A stretch of DNA of 64,000 nt from Sedimentisphaerales bacterium (GTDB lineage Bacteria; Planctomycetota; Phycisphaerae; Sedimentisphaerales; SM23-30): contig CAXXFK010000023.1 of assembly GCA_963663965.2 (NCBI GenBank), positions 50,351 to 114,350 on the forward strand. Direction: 5' to 3'. This document shows positions 10,928 to 19,057 of this stretch, one piece after another. Under the pieces are notes generated by a model. The model was not told the origin of the DNA. It worked only from the letters and a program-made list of their open reading frames with translations, and did not search any database. The translations under genes and the position numbers were made by a program. Each line of letters opens with the position of its first letter. The first letter of the stretch is position 1.

Positions 10928-11410
10928 TCAATGTATCCATTGTCGCCTGACTTCAACAACGTTGTCATTTTCGTCCATTAATAGATCAAATTGCCAACCA
11001 AAACGACCACAATCAAATCTGAAAACAATTGCTTTTTCATTTTCATTTAGCGGCCAGAAAGGAAAATTATAAGATCCCTTTCTATGATTTGGGTCATGCT
11101 TAAGCAATAGTAGAACTTCTTCTGTCTTTAAACCAATAAGGTTCTTCTTTTCCGCCTCCATAACTCTAGCTGCTGCGTTTATTGCCGATACGGGCGAAAC
11201 GAAATAAGTCACATCCCCGGTATCATCTACCGTTTGCATTTCGACCAGTTTCCACATCTTCGCCTTATCTGTATCCAAATCGGTAGAAGCAACAACTTGA
11301 GAATCTGGCTCTTCATCATCTATACTGTTTTTCGCATCCTCGGATGAATTACAGGAAGACAAGAAAAGGCTAGCCATTAACAAGAGTGGTATGATTCGGT
11401 AAATTTTCAT
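10928..11410 (-). CDS. Hypothetical lipoprotein
   Basis: MKIYRIIPLLLMASLFLSSC lipobox; GGAG RBS before ATG 11410. Confidence 0.75.
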   Translation of the reverse strand: MKIYRIIPLLLMASLFLSSCNSSEDAKNSIDDEEPDSQVVASTDLDTDKAKMWKLVEMQTVDDTGDVTYFVSPVSAINAAARVMEAEKKNLIGLKTEEVLLLLKHDPNHRKGSYNFPFWPLNENEKAIVFRFDCGRFGWQFDLLMDENDNVVEVRRQWIH

Positions 11411-11525
11411 ATCTTCTCCATTTAGTTCATCGCTGCCGTTAGGCGGCCGCTGCAAAGCGTTAATATGTATTTAGTCGTTTTCTGTGTTTTCATACACAAT
11501 TAATTTCAAACAGGCCAATCAGTAC

Positions 11526-12134
11526 TCATCGATCACACCACAAAATCAACCGCACATCATCTGGCGCGCCAAATCCTCTCAGTTCCTGAATGATATTCGA
11601 GAGGTGCGTTTCTCCAAAAGCTTTGCGATATGTTTCCGTCCAAGTAACGATACAACCATTACGCATCATCTCGGAATAGCTAAGGATCCCCTCAGGTAGC
11701 CCATGTTGATTCGGATTGAATTTCACCGCATCTTCTTTTGAAACCATTGCTTCTCGAACAATTAAGTTCTTATCCCATTCAAAGTCAAGAATCTCTTGCA
11801 GCGTTACCCAGCTGGAATGCGCCACATCTTGGCCTATTGAATAATAATCTGCGGCAACTTCGGCACAGGCATCCTCTGGAAAACCGCGCTCCGGCACAAT
11901 GGGCGAGATGGGGTCTTTGGACCAGGCATAACGCTCATTTATCAGTATGGCCGCATAAATTTTTGAATCACCGATTTCTATCGGCCGCGGAATCATGGCT
12001 GGATAGGGACAGGGCTTCTCATCCGGATATGGCTCATCTGAACAATAGCAATCCGGATTAGGCACCATTTCCGTAGCACGTTGCCATATCTTATCGATCC
12101 GGATTTCAGGGTAAGCCCAAACCGAAATAGACAT
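11526..12134 (-). CDS. Hypothetical protein (phage/accessory-type, SWVTLQEIL...DVRLILW motifs)
   Basis: 202-aa ORF with AAGGAG RBS; family not recognised with certainty. Confidence 0.7.
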   Translation of the reverse strand: MSISVWAYPEIRIDKIWQRATEMVPNPDCYCSDEPYPDEKPCPYPAMIPRPIEIGDSKIYAAILINERYAWSKDPISPIVPERGFPEDACAEVAADYYSIGQDVAHSSWVTLQEILDFEWDKNLIVREAMVSKEDAVKFNPNQHGLPEGILSYSEMMRNGCIVTWTETYRKAFGETHLSNIIQELRGFGAPDDVRLILWCDR

Positions 12135-12539
12135 TTAAAGACTCCTTATATCTCGAATCTATATAAAACACAGTATATATTATTTTGTTGACAACTCCTG
12201 AAATCAAAATAAATCTTTAAGATCAAGTCGCCGAATTTCATATCAAAATTGAAACCGCCCTAAAGATATATAATCACAAATATTATGTTAATAAGTTCCA
12301 AGTAAGCTAAACTGCGACAGGGGCAATTCTTCTTCCTTCAACCAGTTATTTGCCATTAATGCCAGATCTTTAACCTCTTCCGGCTGTTCCTTCACTTGCT
12401 TCACTATCTTCTATGAAGCCAGAGGTCAAGAGGGAAAAGTGGTTTATATGGCATTTTATTGTATTTCCTTATTTCAAAACATGTTATCCTGTCCTTGCCC
12501 TTGCGGAGGATAAGGCAACGCTGAGGAGCGACCTGAGCG

Positions 12540-12870
12540 CCGTCAAGGGGTCCGGGAAGGCAGGCGGCGTACCTACGCCGCCCCTCCTGCCTTTTTGGAC
12601 GATAAGCGATAAACCTGATCAAACAAATTTTCGCGCAGCGAATCCTTATTTTTATTCGATAAAATGCTCGATTGTTTCAGCCTTCTATCCGGGGTGTCCA
12701 GGTCTTCTTTTTTTACCATGGTCCCATTCCATCGTTTACGATACGGCTTAATCTTCACGTCAGGCTCTAGACCCATCAAGTGAAACAAGGTTCCATATCG
12801 ATGTCAATCAAGCAAAATCTAAGCATTCGTTAAAATCAGTCAAAGAACGGTACGCGATCAAAACGTATTT
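12540..12870 (-). ncRNA. Putative bridge/seek RNA of the IS1111-type element (ends approximate)
   Basis: Structured non-coding end; contains ATCTTCACG (12751-12759) identical to the target flank 14046-14054 and CTTCTAT (12682-12688) identical to the element end 12408-12414. Confidence 0.65.
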
Positions 12871-12871
12871 T

Positions 12872-13927
12872 TTATCCGGATACGGCAGCCTTCAGCGGCG
12901 GCATCTGCCAGGGCGTCCCATCGCGCAACATCGCCCACATCCGCACAAACAACCGCCGCGCCACCGCGATAATCGCTATCTTGGAGCGTGTCTTGCTGTC
13001 GCGCCGGATCCGCTGATACGTTTCTCGTATCCACGGATTGGTTCGCTGGCCCAGCCAGCAGATCTCCACCAGCAGACTTCGCAGCAAACGATTGCCATCC
13101 TTACTGATGCGGCCCTGCCGGTCGATCGTTCCCGATTGATACTGGCGCGGGGTCATACCGATATAGCAGCCCACCTGCTTGCAGTTCTGAAACCGGTGGG
13201 GATTATCGATTAAAGCGGCCACCGCTTCGGCCGTCCGTTCGCCCACGCCCGGAATGGTCGTGAGCAATTGCACGTGCCGGTCCGTTTGGTTCAGGGCATG
13301 CAGTTTGTTGTCGATCACCAACAACAATTCGCCCAGAGTGTGCAATAACTCCAATTCCACCCACAAGCTGCCACGCCAGAGCGCCTCCACCGGCACCTCG
13401 GCCATGGGACAGGCCAGACTCCGCAAATGGGCGATCTGTTTTTGCGACCAGCCGTTTTTGCCGGAAGGCATCGGCAGGGCCTGACGATCCAGCAGCGCCC
13501 GGATGGTGTTTTTGCATTGTGTTATTCGTTCGACGATACTTTTCCGTTCATTAATCAAGGCCCGTTTCTCGCGCACCGCCTTACCCGGCACATAGACGGT
13601 CGGCAGATCGCCCAGTGCCGTCCGACGGGCCAGCCACAGCGCATCCTTGCGATCCGTCTTCTTTTTCAGGCGTTTACCCCGCCACTCCTCACTATTGGTA
13701 TTGGCCACTCGATAATCAATCTCCAAATCATCCAATAAATCGCAGATCCAACCAATGATACCACAGGCCTCGAAAACCACACAATCGGCCGAATGAGTCA
13801 CCACCAGATCGTGAATCGCCTGCGGACGGGTGGGAATCGTCCAATATTCCTGGGCGCCGCTGCCAATTTGATAACGACACGCTACACTCTTGAATTTTCC
13901 TAAATCAATTGCCATAATAGTCTTCAT
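12872..13927 (-). CDS. IS110-family DEDD transposase/recombinase
   Basis: AIDLGK, FEACG, KTDRKDA (DEDD RuvC-like); TIPGVG, GMTPRQYQSG, GRISKDGNRLLR, AIIAVARRL; AGGAG RBS. Confidence 0.97.
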   Translation of the reverse strand: MKTIMAIDLGKFKSVACRYQIGSGAQEYWTIPTRPQAIHDLVVTHSADCVVFEACGIIGWICDLLDDLEIDYRVANTNSEEWRGKRLKKKTDRKDALWLARRTALGDLPTVYVPGKAVREKRALINERKSIVERITQCKNTIRALLDRQALPMPSGKNGWSQKQIAHLRSLACPMAEVPVEALWRGSLWVELELLHTLGELLLVIDNKLHALNQTDRHVQLLTTIPGVGERTAEAVAALIDNPHRFQNCKQVGCYIGMTPRQYQSGTIDRQGRISKDGNRLLRSLLVEICWLGQRTNPWIRETYQRIRRDSKTRSKIAIIAVARRLFVRMWAMLRDGTPWQMPPLKAAVSG

Positions 13928-14235
13928 AGCCAGAATGCTCCTGTAAAAAGGTGTCATGAGCGCCCCCCGGGCAGCTCGTGTTCATATACAACAAATGTGC
14001 ATTATAGCACGAACCACCGCAACGGGACATTCTGGCTTTCATGATATCTTCACGGTAAATAATGTATTTTGGTTTTTTGCCTTCCCCGGCTGTTCCTCCA
14101 CTCTCTTCACTACCTTTAAGGGTATAGCTGGTTTATATTCTTATTCCATCCCCACCTTCAGCCGCATCCAGTTCACCTCTAAACAAAATTGTGTCATGCT
14201 ACTATTTGTAAATATACAACATAATTCCCTTTGTT

Positions 14236-15024
14236 TTAATACACCGCCGCCGGCAACCGTACCGCCTGGCCGGGCGATGAATGAAGCTGTTCCGAAATCG
14301 ACTCTAGAAACTGCTGAAAAACCTCCGCCGTTAGACGCTCATTCCCATAATGATACCGGTAAATTGCGCTCATTTCCTCCGGTTTATAACGCCGGGCCGT
14401 TGTCACAATATACCGGGCCAGCCTTGGCTGTAGCGAAAAATTCAATTGTTCCGCAAGCGCCAGGGATTTTACCAGACACCGCAATGGATCCGGATTGGCT
14501 TCCAGATTGATATCGATGGATTCGTTTAAAATGGCCTCAAAAAATCCTTTGGAATAAATTGTCCGCATTCTGCCCGACCGTACAAAAAGCTGCACGGCAA
14601 TTGCGTCAATATCCAGAAAAGTCGTCTTGGTATAATCCTCAAAATGCTCTCGATAACCAACCAGTCGTTGCTTAAAGGCCCAGGTCTCACTTAAGGGCCA
14701 TATGTCTATTTTGTTTTGTATGACTTGAAACGAAACGCCGCCAAAGCGATTCATTTTAGGCTGGTACGCTTTGAATAAATCCCGGATGCGTTCCGCATCA
14801 TGATCGCGCACAATGATATCGATATCCCTGATTTCATTCACCCTTACCAGAACCAGCCGCCTTACCGCCCCCCCACATAAGTAAGCCGAATCCTCGCCAT
14901 ATTGTTCGCGAATAAATTCCAATACTGTCCTGGCGTCATCCCCCCACGAATCGCTATTCTGAATAAAACGATTCAGGCGACTCTGCAAGCGCTGTTCTAA
15001 TTGTTCGATTTTGATGCTATCCAT
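14236..15024 (-). CDS. Nucleotidyltransferase-fold protein (poly(A) polymerase/CCA head-like)
   Basis: AYLCGGAVR...RDIDIIV (GG + DxD), NRFGG, IDIW, TTFLDIDAIAV; start overlaps the dGTPase stop by 8 bp. Confidence 0.75.
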   Translation of the reverse strand: MDSIKIEQLEQRLQSRLNRFIQNSDSWGDDARTVLEFIREQYGEDSAYLCGGAVRRLVLVRVNEIRDIDIIVRDHDAERIRDLFKAYQPKMNRFGGVSFQVIQNKIDIWPLSETWAFKQRLVGYREHFEDYTKTTFLDIDAIAVQLFVRSGRMRTIYSKGFFEAILNESIDINLEANPDPLRCLVKSLALAEQLNFSLQPRLARYIVTTARRYKPEEMSAIYRYHYGNERLTAEVFQQFLESISEQLHSSPGQAVRLPAAVY

Positions 15025-16401
15025 GAGTCAGGTCTTTGTGCAGACTGCATGCGTACGTGTCTGTCATGCCACAAATATAATCCGTTACCAGCTGCAATCG
15101 ACAATAATCAGCCGGATATCTTTGCGCCTTATCTTCTATTGTCCGCTTAAATATCTCGCGATAGTTGCTGGACATTAATTTGTAAATTTTATTTTCAAAG
15201 TTCTTTGTGTCTTTCCCCTTTTCTGAAGCCCCCCTCCAGAATAACGCCATTAAATCATGGATCACACGGTATCCCATAATTTCCAGCTTTAAGGTCTCGG
15301 TGGATTGGTAAACATACTTTTTTCCAATGGCCTTACACGCCTTGATCAATCCGCTGGCATCACAATCTTTATACAACTCACCATGATATTGACCGGATAT
15401 CATATCCTGATAGTTCGACTGAAAGGCTCGAATGACAGAGTCTGCCAGTTTGCCAATATAAAACACACGAAATGCCTGCACGAAAGCCTCATCCTGATTT
15501 TTACCGGTCAGTTCGATATCATATTTTTTCGAGCGATCGATAAGATCTTTTGAAAGTTTTTCGCAGTCATCCAAAATTGAAGCATCAGCGTCCATCTCTT
15601 TTCTAACCAAATTAACCATTTCCTCCCAGCCAATCACACCCTTCTTAACACCATCTTCAAGATCGACCACAGAATAAACAATATCGTCACAAGCCTCTAC
15701 GATATAAGTAATCGGATTTCGATGCTTGCCCGTACCGGTCTCCTGGCGGATCTTTTCGACTAAATCGGATTCCGTGGAAAAATAGCCAAGCGTCTTGGTC
15801 TCATGACAGGCGTCATCGATCTCCTGAGACGATGCCAGATATTTACAAGCCGCCGACATTGTCGCGCTGGTAAAATTCAATCCAAACGGATCGGCCAATA
15901 TCTGTAATTTCGAAATCAGACGTACTGTCTGTGCGTTGCCATCAAAATGGGAAAAATCGCCCGCTAAGCCTTCATCATTAATGTTGATAGCATGTTTGTT
16001 TGCTCAAACCACTCCTGAATCGCCACCTCGCCGGCATGCCCGAAAGGAGGATTACCCAGGTCGTGGATCAAACCACAGGTCGCGGCGATTGTTTTTATCG
16101 AGTCAATTTGTGCCTCTTCTGATATTTCCCCCTCCTCCAATAACCAGCGTCCAATTGCACCTGCTACATCCCGGGCAACAGTAGACACTTCCAGCGAATG
16201 AGTCAGACGGGTCCGCACCGAATCATTGGGATCTAGTGGAAACACCTGGGTTTTATCATGCAAACGACGTACTGGTGAGGAAAATACCGCCCGATCATAA
16301 TCGCGATCAAATTGTGTCCGATGATCGCCGGTTTTTGCGGATGATTGTCCGGTGATTAATTCCCTGACACGCTTTATTGATAATAAAGTCTCCCATTTCA
16401 T
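15017..16401 (-). pseudogene. dgt: dGTP triphosphohydrolase (HD family), split by one frameshift (real or sequencing error)
   Basis: 5' ORF: RDYDR, RRLHDKTQVFP, RTRLTHSLEV, HDLGNPPFGHAGE. 3' frame: FDGNAQTVR, CKY, EACDDIVY...DLEDG, DYICGMTD. Frames join between 15967 and 16003. Confidence 0.9.
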
Positions 16402-17142
16402 CACCATAATCAAAATTCCATATTTTCTGCAAATTTCTGACTGCCAGACGAAATTCGTAATACGTTTTTCTTATTATAAATTCACACACCTCCCTTGGCA
16501 AAACAAAACTATATCCCGAAAATCAGACGCTTTCCTGCCCAATCAACTCACCAAATTCAACCTATTTATAAGACGCCATTTAAATGACACAGTGAATATT
16601 ATTTCGTTGACAAATCCCAAAAAAACACAAATCCATATATATCAGCCAGTTATTATCACATAAGTCCCATTCGACCTATTGGACCAATATTTTATAAAAT
16701 TACAATCTATAATAATGTATGGTTAATTATAAAATAATTGTGAAACAATATTTGACAATCAATAAACGCTGTTCTATAATCCCACAGTCGCCCCAATAGC
16801 CCCTGAACCACCCGCCTGATCCAAGCGTGCTCCGCCCCAACCGGCCACGCCCGCAGAGCCTCTCTGCGCATTTTGAGGGTTATGATGCGTTCTGGGCGAC
16901 CTAATTCGGGCGCGGCTTGTGGGTGCATGTTCTCGGCCCAGCGCGATCGTGTGCGAACCGGAACGAAACGAGCCGATCAGATAAGGTTGTTATAACAACA
17001 CGAATGAAATGGAAATCAACAAACTAAAACAACCTGACATGCTAATTGTAAAAGCCCCGAAGATCGAAGATCCGCCTCAGGAGGAGCCGACCGTTTCTAG
17101 CCGGGGTTCGTAAGGCCCCGGTCAGCGATTGTAATTGTAATG

Positions 17143-17968
17143 TTTTTAACCCAAGCCTCCCCGGAGGCGTACCGACAGGATTTCGCACCGGAAGCGAAAG
17201 ATAATGTAGGATGGGCAACCCCCGGATGCCCATGCCGCAGGTCCGCCGTGGCGGGCTGGTTAAATAAACCATGAGCGCAGCGAATACCAACACAAAACGA
17301 AACAAACCCAATGATAAAAATAATCGCCTTAACCTATACCACGAATTGAGTTTAACAAAAAATATAAAATCATCCGCCGAACGGCGGATACCCAAAGCAG
17401 CCCAACGGGCAAGTATAAAATAGCCCAGGGTAGAGCGAATCCCGTAAAACGGGACGAGCGCCACCCTGGGTAACAAAACAGAATTTGAATATTTTAAACC
17501 CACGCCTCGCAGAGGCGTACCGCCAGGATATCTCGCAAAAGAGATAGATAAAACTAACCATGAGCGCAGCGAATACCAACATAAAACGAAACGAAGCCAA
17601 TGACAAAAAATATCACCCTAACCCCAACAACGAAATGAGCTTAACAAAAAATAAAAAAACATCCGCCGAACGGCGGATACCCAAAGCGGCCCAACGGGCC
17701 GGCATAAAATAGCCCAGGGCAGAGCGAATCCCGTAAAACGGGATGTGCGCCACCCTGGGTAACGAAACAGAATTTTAAATTTTAAACCCACGCCTCGCAG
17801 AGGCGTACCGCCAGGATATCTCGCAAAAGAGATAGATAAAACCAACATGAGCGCAGCGAATACCAACTTAAATCTAAACGAACCCAATGACAAAAAATAT
17901 CACCATAACCTCAGCAACGAAATGAGCTTAACAAAAATTAAAAACTCATCCGCCCCAAGGCGGATACC
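17143..17968. repeat. Tandem array of ~288-bp multi-hairpin units (2 full, 1 partial, 1 diverged upstream partial)
   Basis: ATGAGCGCAGCGAATACCAAC starts at 17271, 17560 and 17847; each unit has several inverted repeats. Confidence 0.92.
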
Positions 17969-18023
17969 ACAATTTTGCATTTTAAATTCTAAATTTTAAA
18001 TTTCTAAACAGGAGGTACCAACC

Positions 18024-18863
18024 ATGTCATCGTCACTCAGAAGACTCAGAGCCAACCGTCGTAACGCCCAGAAATCCACCGGCCCCAAAACCCCAGAGGG
18101 CAAGGCCATCTCATCGAAAAACGCCATCAAGCACGGCCTCAGCGGCCAGGACCCCGCCCACCTCATCGTTCCCGGCGAATCCGAACTCACCTACCTCGAG
18201 TTCCGCGCCGCATTGTTGCAGGACCTCAAACCAACCACCTACCTCCAGCGCCACATCGCCGACCAGATCGTCTCGGCCGCCTGGCGACTGGAACGGATCG
18301 GCCGCATCGAAGCCGAAATGGTTGACGCCCGTGTTTATAAACTCCGGCTCACCAACGAAGAAATCCGCAAAGACACCGTCATCGACCAGCCTTTCGCCCA
18401 CTCCAGTATCTACTTACCCCGCCATAACGAAGTCGGCACCGCCTTCACCCTCGAAGTCCCCGCCTTCAACTGCCTGGCCCGCTACGAAGCCCACCTCAAC
18501 CGAATCTTCCAGGCCAATCTTAAGCTCCTGCAACAGTTGCAATTACAACAAAAACCAAACGAACCCAATGCCTACCCCCCACAGTACCCATTTCCCGACT
18601 TACCCCGCGTCCACATTCCCGACCCGCCCAGAATCCCCACACACCCCAGCGAAGCCAAACTCGCCCCCGAATACATCAAAGACCGACTCCCCGAATTGAT
18701 GAAAGACCACAGCGTAACTGACGACCAGGTCTTCAGTTACGCCTGCAACCGCTACGAAGCCCTCAACGATTTCGCCAACCAGAACGGCGAAGAAGCCCTC
18801 CACGCCCTCGGTATCCCCACCAAACCCCCGGCCGATATCCCCATCCAGGAGGATAAGAAATGA
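18024..18863 (+). CDS. Uncharacterised protein with basic N-terminal 'ANRRNAQKSTGPKTPEGK..S.KNA.KHGL' domain
   Basis: AGGAGG RBS; 279-aa ORF; N-terminal motif I recognise from hypothetical planctomycete proteins; WRLERI and LARYE motifs. Confidence 0.85.
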   Translation: MSSSLRRLRANRRNAQKSTGPKTPEGKAISSKNAIKHGLSGQDPAHLIVPGESELTYLEFRAALLQDLKPTTYLQRHIADQIVSAAWRLERIGRIEAEMVDARVYKLRLTNEEIRKDTVIDQPFAHSSIYLPRHNEVGTAFTLEVPAFNCLARYEAHLNRIFQANLKLLQQLQLQQKPNEPNAYPPQYPFPDLPRVHIPDPPRIPTHPSEAKLAPEYIKDRLPELMKDHSVTDDQVFSYACNRYEALNDFANQNGEEALHALGIPTKPPADIPIQEDKK

Positions 18864-19057
18864 TGTAACCCGAAACACCATAACACCATCCCAACATCAG
18901 TGGATTAATCCCACCCCATTAATCCGCCCGCATCCGTTGCGCCCACACAGAATGGATTAACCATCGGGGCCAACAGCCCCCTTGCCAATAGTCGCAGGAT
19001 GGCTTAAAATACGTGAACACTTGAAATGAACAAACTAAATCTGACAAAGGTAATCTA

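Larger units (their letters stand above)
12405..14051 (-). mobile_element. IS110-family insertion sequence, IS1111-type
   Basis: Transposase; subterminal IRs ATGAAGCCAGA (12413-12423) / TCTGGCTTTCAT (14031-14042); TATCTTC at both junctions (12405-12411, 14045-14051); ~460-bp non-coding end downstream of tnp. Confidence 0.9.

Noticed and set aside
10880..11460. Integron cassette with attC sites around the lipoprotein gene
   Set aside because: Only vague resemblance; no complementary RYYYAAC/GTTRRRY pair and no integrase
12413..12788. ORFs 12413-12751, 12404-12622 and 12573-12788 as IS passenger genes
   Set aside because: No recognisable motifs; the region is better explained as the structured non-coding end
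12405..14051. TATCTTC as a classical 7-bp target-site duplication
   Set aside because: IS110-family recombinases do not make DDE-type duplications; better read as core plus donor/target microhomology
17042..17893. Minus-strand ORFs 17042-17503, 17370-17606 and 17618-17893 as a paralogous peptide family
   Set aside because: They are readings of the repeat; indels between units shift the frames and there are no clear RBSs
17143..17968. CRISPR array
   Set aside because: Units are ~288 bp and similar along their whole length; no unique spacers and no cas genes
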